From: an uncultured bacterium | Lineage (GTDB): Bacteria; Desulfobacterota; Deferrimicrobia; J040 | Assembly: GCA_964429585.1 (NCBI GenBank) | Contig: CAYSCN010000009.1 | Span: forward strand, 3,816 to 67,815 | Direction: 5' to 3' | DNA: 64,000 bases | Program-made: the position numbers and the translations under genes | Notes under the pieces: generated by a model | What the model was told of the DNA's origin: nothing | Database searches by the model: none | Seen by the model: the letters and a program-made list of their open reading frames with translations, nothing else | Shown here: positions 10,034-20,113 of the stretch, in pieces | Position numbering within the stretch: the stretch's first letter is position 1 | How the letters are laid out: the number at the start of each line of letters is the position of its first letter

Positions 10034-11199
10034 GAATCGCGGTGATTTCCTATCACACGTGCCCGTTCGAGGAGTTCGGGAGGGGGTTTTCGGGGGGCAT
10101 GAACAGCTTCCTCCGTGAGACGTCCTTGCGTCTGTCCCTTTCAGGCTACAGGGTGGTCGTGTTTACCAGGGATATCGGTGGACTGGGAAGAGCCTTCAAG
10201 CACGATTTCCTGGAAGTGCGTCATGTGGATTGCGGTTTGCCTGAGTCCCCGACTCTCGCGGACTATTTGAACGGGGTGGAAAAGTTCACCGGTTCTCTGC
10301 TCGAGTTGAAGGAAAACGAGTTCGACGTGGTCTTCTCCAATTACTGGCTCTCTGTTCTCCCCGCAATTACGTTGAAGAGAACACTCGGGGTCCCAATAGT
10401 CCACATGCATCACACTCTGGAGGCGGTGAAGGAAGAGTTTTCGGGAACCAGATACGATGACGAGCGGCTCAGACAATCGCGGCTTTTCTATGAGTTCCAC
10501 GCTCACCGGGAGGCGGACGTGGTGCTATATCCTTCCGAGATGGACAGGGAAGTCTCGTTGCGTTTTTACGGATGGGCTGCAGATAGAGCAGAGGTCGTGA
10601 CTCCAGGGATTGACGATATGTTTTTCGACCTCCCCGATATGAGAGAAAGGGGGAGAGAGATTCTCGGAGCCGGGGCTGACGAAATAGTCATTCTTTTTTC
10701 CGGCAGAGATGAGAGGATCAAGAACCTGAAGGGGTTGATGGAGGCTTTTGATAGAGTGAGAGAGAAATACAATCTGAAACTTGCGGTTCTCGGGGGCTGG
10801 AAGGGAGAGAATCTGGAGGGGGTGAGCGTTCTACCGCCCACCTTCGGGGAAGAGCTGGTCGCCGTCATCGATGGCGCGGATCTGGTGGCGATTCCTTCGT
10901 TTTACGAGAGCTTCTCCATATTCGGCTTCGAGGCATTGGTCAGGGGAAGGCTTCTTCTCGCGCCTCGAGGGACATATATTGGGGAGTTCGTTTCACGACA
11001 CGGGCTGGGAGAAGTCTTCTCCCCGCGGGAGGGGGACCTGGGTGAGGCGCTGGAGAGGCTCGTCTGCAATCTGGAGAAGCACGGTTCGAAGAAGGGCGAA
11101 GCGAAGAGCCTCTGCTCCAGGTTTACCTGGGAGATGACCCATCACCTACTTATACAGGTTTTTCATCGGGTTGTGAGGCCTTCACTGCGTTTTCAATGA
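10030..11199 (+). CDS. GT4 glycosyltransferase, MshA (D-inositol-3-phosphate glycosyltransferase)-like
   Basis: MRIAVISYHTCP...GGMN, SNYWLS, VHMHHTL, PSFYESF match MshA-type motifs; start at ATG 10030 overlapping the GNAT stop. Confidence 0.75.
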   Translation: MRIAVISYHTCPFEEFGRGFSGGMNSFLRETSLRLSLSGYRVVVFTRDIGGLGRAFKHDFLEVRHVDCGLPESPTLADYLNGVEKFTGSLLELKENEFDVVFSNYWLSVLPAITLKRTLGVPIVHMHHTLEAVKEEFSGTRYDDERLRQSRLFYEFHAHREADVVLYPSEMDREVSLRFYGWAADRAEVVTPGIDDMFFDLPDMRERGREILGAGADEIVILFSGRDERIKNLKGLMEAFDRVREKYNLKLAVLGGWKGENLEGVSVLPPTFGEELVAVIDGADLVAIPSFYESFSIFGFEALVRGRLLLAPRGTYIGEFVSRHGLGEVFSPREGDLGEALERLVCNLEKHGSKKGEAKSLCSRFTWEMTHHLLIQVFHRVVRPSLRFQ

Positions 11200-12277
11200 A
11201 GTTTTTCAGCCCTTCCCTCGCTTCTTCGTCGGTGAATTGCACGGGCGGGTGCTTCATGAAATAGGATGAGGGCTCGAGGACGGGCCCGCCGATTCCTGCG
11301 TCGAGCGCCAGCTTCAGGCATCTTATTACGTCTATTATGACCCCGGCGCTGTTCGGTGAATCTATAACCGATAGGCGTATTTCGAGGTTGATGGGTGAAT
11401 TCCCGAAACCCTCCCCTTCGATTCTGATGAAAGCGACCTTGTTGTCTCCCTGCCACGGGACGTAGTCGGAAGGTCCGACATGGATGTTTTCGTCTTCCAG
11501 CGGGTGGTCCACAACCGATCGGACCGATTCGGTTTTGGATATCTTCTTTGAGGCGAGTCTGCTTCTGTTTAGCATGTTCAGGAAGTCGGTGTTGCCTCCG
11601 GTATTCAACTGGTATGTCCTTTTGATTTTGACTCCCCGTTCGTTGAACAGCCTCGCGAGCGCTCTGTGCAGAATCGTTGCTCCGAGCTGAGACTTCACGT
11701 CGTCTCCTATGATGGGGATGTTTCTCTCCATGAAGAGCTTCCCCCAGCCGGGCTCGGATGCGATGAATACGGGGATGCAGTTTGCCATCGCGATTCCGAG
11801 GTCCAGGCAGACACGCGCGTAGAACTCCGTTGCTTTTTGAGCTCCGACCGGCAGGAGGTTCACGAGTATTTCTGCTCCTGATTCCCTGAGCACTGCTTTG
11901 ACGTCGTCGGGCTTCCTCTCGGCTGGTAGAAAGGCTCTGGCATCCGGGTAGTCTTTCATGTGATCGGGATACCCGTCGAGAACAGGTCCCATGTGGACGA
12001 CAGCGGGTGTGTCCACCGGTTTTTCGAAGAACCTGGGCGTGCAGTTGGGTTTTTCAAATATGGCCTCTCCCAATCTTTTCCCCACCTTTCTCCTGTCGAT
12101 GTCGAAGGCTGCCACGATCTCAATGTCGTCGGGGGCGTATGGTCCTATGAACGTGTTTATGAGTCCCCATGCCTGTTCTTCGTCACTCGTTCTGGCTTCT
12201 CTGTAGAATTCGATTCCCTGCACGAGCGCGCTCGCGCAGTTTCCAACTCCTGCTATCGCCACCTTAATTTTTCCCAT
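11150..12277 (-). CDS. ino1: myo-inositol-1-phosphate synthase
   Basis: IAGVGNCASALVQG, GDDVKSQLGATILHR, QLNTGGNTDFLNM, SKKISKT, DSPNSAG. Confidence 0.93.
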   Translation of the reverse strand: MGKIKVAIAGVGNCASALVQGIEFYREARTSDEEQAWGLINTFIGPYAPDDIEIVAAFDIDRRKVGKRLGEAIFEKPNCTPRFFEKPVDTPAVVHMGPVLDGYPDHMKDYPDARAFLPAERKPDDVKAVLRESGAEILVNLLPVGAQKATEFYARVCLDLGIAMANCIPVFIASEPGWGKLFMERNIPIIGDDVKSQLGATILHRALARLFNERGVKIKRTYQLNTGGNTDFLNMLNRSRLASKKISKTESVRSVVDHPLEDENIHVGPSDYVPWQGDNKVAFIRIEGEGFGNSPINLEIRLSVIDSPNSAGVIIDVIRCLKLALDAGIGGPVLEPSSYFMKHPPVQFTDEEAREGLKNFIENAVKASQPDEKPV

Positions 12278-12464
12278 TTCTGTCTCCGTGCCTCCGCATT
12301 TTGGACTGACAGATATTCGATTCGGGTTTTGCCTCCCCGGTTTCTCCTCCAACTGGCAGAGTCTTTTGACATACCCAGCAAAGCGGGGGGTGTTCCTTCA
12401 CGACCTTCATACGTTCCGGTCCGATGAAATTTTGCGCTCCACATTCAGAACAGTAGATTATCAT
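12264..12464 (-). CDS. Small zinc-ribbon-like protein
   Basis: MIIYCSECG...PLCWVCQK, two CxxC pairs; fills the gap between the TPP enzyme and ino1 on the same strand. Confidence 0.55.
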   Translation of the reverse strand: MIIYCSECGAQNFIGPERMKVVKEHPPLCWVCQKTLPVGGETGEAKPESNICQSKMRRHGDRNGKN

Positions 12465-12466
12465 CC

Positions 12467-14074
12467 TTACAGTATGCTCCACGGTGGTGTCAGATCTGCC
12501 GTGACTTCGATGAGGTTTGGACCCGTTCCGCCGTTGAAAAACTTTTTCAAAGCTTCACCGAGCCCGGACGGAGAATCGCATCTATTATAGTCCATGCCGA
12601 TACCTTCGCAAATATGGGACAGGGGCATTTCCGGGAGGTCGACGCCTATGGGAGGAGTGCTCTTCCACCCCCGCCACTTTCTGAGCACGCCGTATCCTCT
12701 GTCGCTGAAAACCAGGATGGTGATGGGCAGATTTTTGTTTCTTATCAGGGCGAGTTCCATCGCGCAGTAGGGTATGTTGCCGTCCCCCGTGATGACGAGT
12801 TTTCTCTTGACGGGGTTTGCGGCGGAGGCACCAGCCGCAGCCGGCACGGCGTATCCCAGGGAATTGGATCCCCATGGATAATGATAAGTTCCGGGTTCCG
12901 CGACGGGGAAGAAATATCGTCCCCAGTACGAGATGATGGTCGGGTCGGTGAAAACGGGCGTGCCTTGCGGGACGGATTCGATGATGGCGCGCAGAAATCC
13001 CATTTCTGCCGGGAACGATGCTTCGGCTTCTTCCATGAGCTTCCTTCTGGCTTTTGCTGCCTCCTCCACTAGCCCTGAACCCCGGCTCGCGTTGACCTTT
13101 GCTGCGGCTTCGAGGAAAGAAAGCACGGGCATCCTCAGGTGAGTCACATCCACTCCCGTGTATGAAGGCGTTCTGTCTTCGAGACTGATGAGGAGGCACC
13201 TAGCAGGAAGCGGAGCGGTCCGGTTGAAGGTGGAGGTGTGTGAAAGAACCGTTCCCAGCGCAATCATGAGATCGGATTTCGGGGCCACTTCTCTCAATAC
13301 TTTCGGGGTTATGACGCCTGCTGCGCCGTTAATTGTGTCCGGGATTGCGCCTTTCCCGGATATGGAAGTGAACACTGGGGCTTCCAGCTTTGCGGAGAGG
13401 ACTTCGAGAAGCTTTCCTGCAGGCGGCGTCAAACAGCCGTATCCGGCGTATATGATGGGAGCTTTCGCCTCTTCCACGAGGCGCAGAGCTTTTTCGAGTT
13501 CTCCCACGCCGGGAGTCGGCGGCGTGGAAGAGTCTCCCTTGCTGGCGTAAGTAGGCTGTGTAAACTCGTGAGGTTTCAGCGCGTCCACGGTAATTTCCAC
13601 TACAGCGGGTGATGGTGGGATGGTTCCACAGTGCACGAGGGCCTCCAGCAGCGCTCTGTTCGCTTCTTCTGCAGAGTCGACCCGGATGAGCTTTGCTGCG
13701 AGCAGTTTTCCCATTTCCTCCTGGTCGGGGAGTTCGTGGAGCGCTTTCCCCCATTCTCTCAGCTGGGACGACGCCACCTGCCCCACGAGAAAGATCACGG
13801 GTGTGCCCTTCATTCGAGCTTCGTGGATGGCTGCTGCCCCCATCAGAAAGCCGGGTCCCGGTGTCAGTAGACACAGGGAGGGCTTCCCGCTGGTCCTGCT
13901 GTATCCGACGGCTGCGAATCCCCCTGCAATCTCAGTGGAAGAAGGGTGATACAGGTGGGACAGGCCTTCTTCCGCCAGTCCTTTCAAAAATCTCATTACG
14001 TGTGTTCCTGCCACTCCGAAAACGGGGAGCGAGAGTTTTCCCATGATTTCCGTGAAGGGGTAAGTCTTCTTCAA
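12467..14074 (-). CDS. Thiamine pyrophosphate-dependent enzyme (acetolactate synthase-like superfamily, divergent)
   Basis: E..GGFAAVGYSRTSGKP, TPGPG, GQV, SLGYAVPAAAGA, TGDG..SDRGYG. Confidence 0.8.
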   Translation of the reverse strand: MKKTYPFTEIMGKLSLPVFGVAGTHVMRFLKGLAEEGLSHLYHPSSTEIAGGFAAVGYSRTSGKPSLCLLTPGPGFLMGAAAIHEARMKGTPVIFLVGQVASSQLREWGKALHELPDQEEMGKLLAAKLIRVDSAEEANRALLEALVHCGTIPPSPAVVEITVDALKPHEFTQPTYASKGDSSTPPTPGVGELEKALRLVEEAKAPIIYAGYGCLTPPAGKLLEVLSAKLEAPVFTSISGKGAIPDTINGAAGVITPKVLREVAPKSDLMIALGTVLSHTSTFNRTAPLPARCLLISLEDRTPSYTGVDVTHLRMPVLSFLEAAAKVNASRGSGLVEEAAKARRKLMEEAEASFPAEMGFLRAIIESVPQGTPVFTDPTIISYWGRYFFPVAEPGTYHYPWGSNSLGYAVPAAAGASAANPVKRKLVITGDGNIPYCAMELALIRNKNLPITILVFSDRGYGVLRKWRGWKSTPPIGVDLPEMPLSHICEGIGMDYNRCDSPSGLGEALKKFFNGGTGPNLIEVTADLTPPWSIL

Positions 14075-14181
14075 AGTCCTCGGGGCCTCCTTGTTTTGTC
14101 GGTGCTCAATAAACTTGATATGTGTAAATTCATGTCTTATTTTACAATGGAGTTGAACCGAGCGAAGGGAGGTTGTTCGTC

Positions 14182-15534
14182 ATGCAGATAGAAAAGGGCA
14201 CCGACAAGCTGGTGAAGACCCTGCGGTTGATGATAAAAGATGCGCCCGGCTACCTGGGAAAGCTGGCAACGACCATAGGAGCACTGGGCGGAAACATAGG
14301 TGATATAAAGCTCATTCGCTTCGGAATGGAATACAACATACGGGATTTCACGGTTTTCTTCGATGACGAGGGGCATCTCGAAAGGGTCCTGGAGGCCATA
14401 GGAAAGATAGAGGGCGTAGTGATTTCGGACGTGATCGATCCGGTGCTGGAGCTCCACAGGGGAGGGAAGATAAGGGTCAGGTCCACCTGCACGATAGAGG
14501 GAATAAACACCGTGAGGAAGATATACACTCCCGGCGTCGCCAAGGTTTGCAGGATGATTCAGGAAGACCCGGACAACGCTTATTACTACACCTCCATAGG
14601 AAACAGCGTCGCCATAGTGACCAACGGCACGGCGATACTGGGGCTCGGAGACATAGGAGCCGTGGCCGGAATGCCGGTTATGGAGGGCAAAGCCGTGCTC
14701 TTCGATTATCTCGTTGGAATAAACGGCATCCCGATTCTCGTGGATTCTCACGACCCCGACGAGGTGATAAGGGTTGTCTCGAGGATTGCACCCACTTTCG
14801 GCGCGATAAAGTTGGAGGACATAAAGGCTCCGGATTGTTTCTACATAGAGGACAAACTGAGCGAGATGCTGGACATACCGGTTCTGCACGACGACCAGCA
14901 CGGAACCGCCGTCGTGGTGCTGGCTGCTCTTTTCAACGCGAGCAAGTACGTTGGGATAATGATAAAGAACGAGATCGTGGGCATGGTGGGGCTCGGCGCT
15001 GCCGGCATGGGAATAGCGAAGCTGCTCATAGCTTACGGCGTGAGGAAGGTGTTGGGAACCGACATCAATGAGAAGGCGGTGGAAATATTCAGGGAGAGGG
15101 GAGGTGTCCCGAGCACGCTAGAGGAGGTCATGGAGAAGTCGAACATAGTGATATGCACGACCGGAGTGGGTGGTCTCATAAAGAAGGAAATGATCAAAAA
15201 GGGGCAGGTGATCCTGGCTCTTTCCAATCCTTATCCGGAGATAACGCCTCAGGATGCGAAGGAGGCGGGAGCTTCGTTTGCCGCGGACGGGCGTGCGGTG
15301 AACAACGCCCTCGCTTTTCCGGGATTGTTCAGGGGGGCCCTGAACGCTCGAGCCAAGAAGATAAACAACAGGATGAAAATAGCCGCTGCGAAAGTCATAG
15401 CGAAATACGCCGAGCCGGGTGAGCTCGTTCCGGGGCTTTTGAATCTCGAGATGCACAGCGAAGTGGCGAAAGCCGTCGAGCGCGCCGCTTTCGAATCGGG
15501 TGTTGCGAAGCCGGTGAAGGACATAGGGGAGTGA
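14182..15534 (+). CDS. NAD(P)-dependent malic enzyme with N-terminal ACT domain
   Basis: [53 protein letters not shown]. Confidence 0.92.
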   Translation: MQIEKGTDKLVKTLRLMIKDAPGYLGKLATTIGALGGNIGDIKLIRFGMEYNIRDFTVFFDDEGHLERVLEAIGKIEGVVISDVIDPVLELHRGGKIRVRSTCTIEGINTVRKIYTPGVAKVCRMIQEDPDNAYYYTSIGNSVAIVTNGTAILGLGDIGAVAGMPVMEGKAVLFDYLVGINGIPILVDSHDPDEVIRVVSRIAPTFGAIKLEDIKAPDCFYIEDKLSEMLDIPVLHDDQHGTAVVVLAALFNASKYVGIMIKNEIVGMVGLGAAGMGIAKLLIAYGVRKVLGTDINEKAVEIFRERGGVPSTLEEVMEKSNIVICTTGVGGLIKKEMIKKGQVILALSNPYPEITPQDAKEAGASFAADGRAVNNALAFPGLFRGALNARAKKINNRMKIAAAKVIAKYAEPGELVPGLLNLEMHSEVAKAVERAAFESGVAKPVKDIGE

Positions 15535-15547
15535 CGGAGGTAGACTG

Positions 15548-16168
15548 GTGCAGCTCGAGTATGTGGGAAAGATAGCTGGATTCGTCATCTTCTCGTATCT
15601 GCTGGGGTCTATACCGTTTGGCCTGATAATCGCGAAGCTCTTTGGTGGAGGCGTGGATCCAAGGAAAGTGGGTTCCGGTAACATCGGTGCCACGAATGTG
15701 GCGAGGGCGGTTGGAAAGGTGGGCGGTGCCATCACGCTCCTGCTGGATGCTTCAAAAGGGTTTGTCCCTCTGCTTCTTGCGAGGAGCACGTTCACTGAAG
15801 GTTATTATCCTGTCCTGGCGCTTACCGCGGCCTTCGCCTTTCTGGGACACATTTTCCCCATATACCTGAAATTCAGGGGAGGGAAGGGGGTTGCCACTGC
15901 GTTCGGCATAGTGCTGTATCTTTCCCCGGTGTCTGCCATAATCCTGGTGGTTGTTTTCGCCGTCGCTTTGTTGCTCACGGGTTACGTTTCAGTGGGTTCG
16001 TTGAGCGCTGCGTTTTTCTTCCCCCTTCTCATGGCTTTTCTGGGACCGTCTCCATATTACGTGGGCCTCGCCCTCTTCATGGCGTTCACCGTGTTCTACA
16101 CGCACAGGGAGAACATAAGGAGACTTCTGGAGGGAAAGGAGAACAGATTTTTGGGGAAGAAGGAGTGA
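15548..16168 (+). CDS. plsY: Glycerol-3-phosphate acyltransferase
   Basis: YLLGSIPFG, GSGNIGATN, FRGGKGVAT, HRENIRRL. Confidence 0.95.
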   Translation: MQLEYVGKIAGFVIFSYLLGSIPFGLIIAKLFGGGVDPRKVGSGNIGATNVARAVGKVGGAITLLLDASKGFVPLLLARSTFTEGYYPVLALTAAFAFLGHIFPIYLKFRGGKGVATAFGIVLYLSPVSAIILVVVFAVALLLTGYVSVGSLSAAFFFPLLMAFLGPSPYYVGLALFMAFTVFYTHRENIRRLLEGKENRFLGKKE

Positions 16169-16181
16169 TATAGGGAAAGGG

Positions 16182-17393
16182 TCAATTCCGCTTTTTCAGC
16201 CTCAGAAACACGTCGTATCCCACCAGGAGTATGGTTATCACCAGAACTATCAGGAGAATCGCCAGAACGGTCCTGTTCCACCGTTCTTCTTCGAGCGATA
16301 TGTCGGAGAATTTGATACGCACTCTCTTCAGATTCGGGTCTGGGGATGGCAGCTCGTAGAACAACGACGCCGTCCCGTGAACCTTCTCGAAGACTCCTTT
16401 CAGAGGGATTGTCAGCGTGATTTTCCTGGTTTCCTTGGGACCCACTCTGTTGTCGCTCAAAACTTCCCTGGCGTTTAGAAACATGTCGGCAGGCTTTTCT
16501 ATGGGGTTTCCTCGCCCGTCTCCGAGCACTCTCTCCAGATACGTTTCTCCTTCTCCGAGCCTGTTTCCCCTCTCGTCGAAGATCACGACCGATATGACGA
16601 CTCTGTGAGTCGGAATGCCTGTCGGTATCATGTGGCCCGACTTGTCGTTCGTGAGATAGAGCGTCACGATGGCTTTGTTCCCCGTGAACGCTATCTCCCC
16701 TTTCCCTTTGAGCGAGTCTCTCAACTGTGATGGGAAGTGTCCGCCCTTCATCGTGTGGTCCGGCGGTCTCGTGCTGACCTCGTGTTCCTGGTACTGGAGA
16801 TCTCGATACAGCTCGGGGAGGTGGCAATACTGGCACTGAATTTCCTCTCCACGGTAGAAGCTTTCCTTCCACTCGGAATAGGTGGAGAGCACCTTGATGC
16901 CGTGGGGGTTCACGTAGTCGTGGCAACTCCCGCAAAACTTGGAGTCAAGGTGGAGAGAGGAGAAGGCGGTTCTGTGAAAGGAGGTGTCGGCGTCTTCCAC
17001 GGGTCCCCTTCTCGTTCCAGGCGTGTTGACGAAGTGGGGAAGCTCGCTGGATGTATCGACTTCTTTCACAGTGTGACAGAAGTCACATGTTACACCTTCG
17101 TTCGCGAGTTTTTCCCCTCCTGCTTCCGGGAGAAGGGTCGTGGGGCTGTGGCAGGTGATGCACTTTTTGGCGTTTTCGGGATTTTCTTTCGAAATCTCTT
17201 CAAAGGTCATTCTGAAAAATGGTTCCGTGAAGGAGCTGGCGTGCCTCGATTTCGCCCACTGGTAGTAAATCTGGAGATGACACGGCTTGCAGGTTTCCGA
17301 CGATTCGAGCTTTTCCTGCGCTAGGACTTGGACCGGGGATGAGAGGGCTATGGCGAGAATCAACGCAGTGAGGATCTTGCCCGTTGTTCCCAT
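16182..17393 (-). CDS. Membrane-anchored pentaheme c-type cytochrome (c554-like family)
   Basis: Signal peptide; five CxxCH motifs (CKPCH, CITCH, CDFCH, CGSCH, CQYCH); GHMIPTG; C-terminal TM helix. Confidence 0.85.
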   Translation of the reverse strand: MGTTGKILTALILAIALSSPVQVLAQEKLESSETCKPCHLQIYYQWAKSRHASSFTEPFFRMTFEEISKENPENAKKCITCHSPTTLLPEAGGEKLANEGVTCDFCHTVKEVDTSSELPHFVNTPGTRRGPVEDADTSFHRTAFSSLHLDSKFCGSCHDYVNPHGIKVLSTYSEWKESFYRGEEIQCQYCHLPELYRDLQYQEHEVSTRPPDHTMKGGHFPSQLRDSLKGKGEIAFTGNKAIVTLYLTNDKSGHMIPTGIPTHRVVISVVIFDERGNRLGEGETYLERVLGDGRGNPIEKPADMFLNAREVLSDNRVGPKETRKITLTIPLKGVFEKVHGTASLFYELPSPDPNLKRVRIKFSDISLEEERWNRTVLAILLIVLVITILLVGYDVFLRLKKRN

Positions 17394-17521
17394 CGTACCC
17401 CCTTTGGATTTTTGCTGATTTTACTTCAATTGGTAACGTGAGGCAATCTGCCATATAATATCCTGGAGATTTTTCCCCGAGCGGCTTTTCAAGAAGAATC
17501 AACCAGTTTCTGGAGCTTGGA

Positions 17522-18670
17522 TTGATCAAGAGAGAAGACATATCCCCGTTTCTGGCGATGGAGATCCTGGAGAGGGCTCTCGTGCTCGAAAGGGAGGGGA
17601 AAAGGATAATTCACCTCGAGATAGGAGAGCCGGATTTCGACACGCCTGAGCCGGTGAAAGAAGCCGCTGCCAGAGCCCTCAGAGAGGGGAAGACGAATTA
17701 CACTCACTCCCTCGGATTGCTTCCTCTGAGAGAGGCGATAGCGGAGCATTATTCGGGGAAATACGGAGTCGATGTTTCTCCCGAACAGGTTGTGGTTACC
17801 AGTGGGACCTCACCTGCCTTGCTCCTTGCGCTTTCTGCCGTTTTGTCTCCCGGCGACGAGGTGATCCTGACGAATCCCTGCTATGCGTGCTACCCGAATT
17901 TTGTCAAATTCGTGGGCGGATTCCCGAGGTTCGTCAACGTATATGACAGGGAAAACTTCGAGCTCGATGTGTGGGCCGTCAAGAAGATCCTGAACAGGAG
18001 GACGAGGGCTCTCATTATCAATTCCCCAGGAAACCCGACGGGAACGCTCATATCACCGGACAAGATGAGGGAGCTCGCTTCTCTCGGCATTACGATCGTA
18101 TCCGACGAGATATACCACGGTCTGGTATACGAAGGGGAAGAGGAGACGATACTGAAATTCACGGACAACGCCTTCGTTTTAAACGGCTTCTCCAAGGCTT
18201 ACGCCATGACCGGGTGGAGGCTGGGGTATCTCATTGCTCCTCGCAGGTTCGTCAGGACGATCCAAAAGCTTCAACAGAACCTGTTCATTTCCGCCAACGA
18301 ATTCGTCCAGTATGGGGGAATAGCCGCTCTGAAGAAGGGCGGCGGCTTTGTATCCAAGATGCGGGAGGAGTTCGATGCGAGGAGAAGGCTGGTTCTGGAG
18401 AAGGTCAGGGAGGTGGGCTTCGAAGTCAGGAGCGAACCCAAAGGGGCGTTTTACGTGATGGCGGACGTGAGGAAGTTTTCGGGCGATTCGTTCCGCTTCG
18501 CCTTCGAGATTCTGGAGGAAGCGGGAGTTGGGGTTACCCCGGGGGTGGATTTCGGCACGAACGGCGAGGGTTACCTTCGTTTTTCATATGCAAGTAGCAG
18601 GGAGAACATAGAGGAGGCGTTCGACAGAATAGGCAGATATTTGCGGGAGAAGTATTCGAGCGTTTTTTGA
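17522..18670 (+). CDS. PLP-dependent class I aminotransferase (aspartate aminotransferase-like)
   Basis: LEIGEPDF, NSPGNPTG, SDEIY, GFSKAYAMTGWRLGY. Confidence 0.92.
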   Translation: MIKREDISPFLAMEILERALVLEREGKRIIHLEIGEPDFDTPEPVKEAAARALREGKTNYTHSLGLLPLREAIAEHYSGKYGVDVSPEQVVVTSGTSPALLLALSAVLSPGDEVILTNPCYACYPNFVKFVGGFPRFVNVYDRENFELDVWAVKKILNRRTRALIINSPGNPTGTLISPDKMRELASLGITIVSDEIYHGLVYEGEEETILKFTDNAFVLNGFSKAYAMTGWRLGYLIAPRRFVRTIQKLQQNLFISANEFVQYGGIAALKKGGGFVSKMREEFDARRRLVLEKVREVGFEVRSEPKGAFYVMADVRKFSGDSFRFAFEILEEAGVGVTPGVDFGTNGEGYLRFSYASSRENIEEAFDRIGRYLREKYSSVF

Positions 18671-18685
18671 AGGGGGAGGTGAGCC

Positions 18686-18982
18686 ATGTTGATGGTAGAG
18701 TTTTCCATCGTTCCAATAGGTAAAGGCGAAAGCTTGAGCCAGTTCGTGGCGAGGTGCACGAAAATCGTGCAGGAAAGCGGACTCCCCAACCAGCTCAACC
18801 CTATGGGAACGGTGATAGAGGGGGAGTGGGACGAGGTCTTCGGCGTGATAAAGGAATGCTTCGAGGAGCTCAGGAAAGATTGCTCCCGCATATCTCTCTA
18901 CATCAAGGTGGATTACAGAGAGGGGAAAGATTCGAGGATGGAGCAGAAGGTTCGTTCGGTCATGGATAAGCTGTCTCCCTGA
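18686..18982 (+). CDS. MTH1187/YkoF family thiamine-binding protein
   Basis: EFSIVPIG.GESLS, PMGTVIEG, KVDYR pattern. Confidence 0.85.
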   Translation: MLMVEFSIVPIGKGESLSQFVARCTKIVQESGLPNQLNPMGTVIEGEWDEVFGVIKECFEELRKDCSRISLYIKVDYREGKDSRMEQKVRSVMDKLSP

Positions 18983-18985
18983 TTT

Positions 18986-19485
18986 TCAGAGTTTCTCCAG
19001 CTTCCTTGCTCGTTTCCTGAGTTTTTTCGGCAGCCGTCTGGCGGGTCCTTTTTTCTCTCTTCGTCGTTCTTCCATTTCTTCAGGTGACTCCCCTTTGACC
19101 GTAGCGTAGTGCGCCATGAACACCTTTTCGGCGAACTCGGAGGCGCGGACTCGCGTCGCGCCGTGCCGTTCCACTCTTCCGGCGAGTTCGTTGTCGTCGG
19201 TTACAACGATGGCTCCTTCCCCGTGCTTTCTTGCGAGCGTTTCTATCAGGTCATCGGCGGTCTGGGGTGGTTTCGAGAACAGAATTTTCACCCATTTTTT
19301 CCCCGCGGGACCGGCGGGGCTGTGGCGTGCCCCGTCGAAGACGACCGTCACCTGGCGCCGCTTGAGCTCGCCGTAAGAGGAGAGCATGGAAGTGAGCGTT
19401 TCCCTCCCTTCCTCGATGTCGTTCCCCTCTGCCAGGCCGAGGCTGAAGATTAGGTTGTATCCGTCGACTATGACTGTTACCCCAT
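18986..19485 (-). CDS. NYN-domain (YacP-like) ribonuclease; apparent frameshift just after the start codon
   Basis: Frame of ORF 18986..19387 extends upstream to VTVIVDGYNLIF; VVFDG, TADDLI, VVTDDNEL motifs; the RBS-preceded ATG at 19485 reads ATG GGG TAA, one base out of frame. Confidence 0.75.
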
Positions 19486-19496
19486 GGGAGTTCCTC

Positions 19497-20075
19497 TTAT
19501 TTTTTCTCGCCCGAGAAATCCACGACCGGGACTTTTTCCTTCCCTTTTTCTACCTGGAAGTATGGTTTTTTCTCCAGTCCCATCATCCCGGCGATCACGT
19601 TCTCCGGGAAAACTCTGATCGCGGTGTTGAATCTCCTCACAGCCTCGTTGTATCGTTTCCTCTCGAGGGCGATCCTGTTTTCGGTTCCCGCCAGCTCGTC
19701 CATGAGGCGCGTGAATGTCCTGTCGGCTTTGAGGTCGGGATATCTCTCGGCTATCGCCAGCAACCTTCCGAGAGCAGAAGATAATGCGGCGTTGGCCTGG
19801 AGGGTTTCGCCGATGTTTCTGGCACCCAAAAGCTTCGATCTCGCGTTCGCCACCTCCTCGAAAATTTCCTTTTCGTGGGCGGCGTATCCCTTGACGGTGT
19901 TCACCAGGTTGGGTATCAGGTCCGCCCTTCTCTGGAGGACGTTTTCCACCTGTGCCCACTTCTCCTCCACCTCTATTTCCAGCTTCACCAGCTTGTTCCT
20001 TATGCCTATGAAGTAGAGTCCGGTGATAACTACCACCGCAGCGATGGCGATTGCGATCTTTGTCCCTCTTTTCAT
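19497..20075 (-). CDS. lemA: LemA family protein
   Basis: WAQVENVLQRRADLIPNLVNTVKGYAAHE, YPDLKA, ENRIALERKRYN; AGGAGG RBS before ATG 20075. Confidence 0.92.
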   Translation of the reverse strand: MKRGTKIAIAIAAVVVITGLYFIGIRNKLVKLEIEVEEKWAQVENVLQRRADLIPNLVNTVKGYAAHEKEIFEEVANARSKLLGARNIGETLQANAALSSALGRLLAIAERYPDLKADRTFTRLMDELAGTENRIALERKRYNEAVRRFNTAIRVFPENVIAGMMGLEKKPYFQVEKGKEKVPVVDFSGEKK

Positions 20076-20113
20076 GTTCGACCTCCTGCCGTAGTCGTGC
20101 TTTTCTGCCTGTG

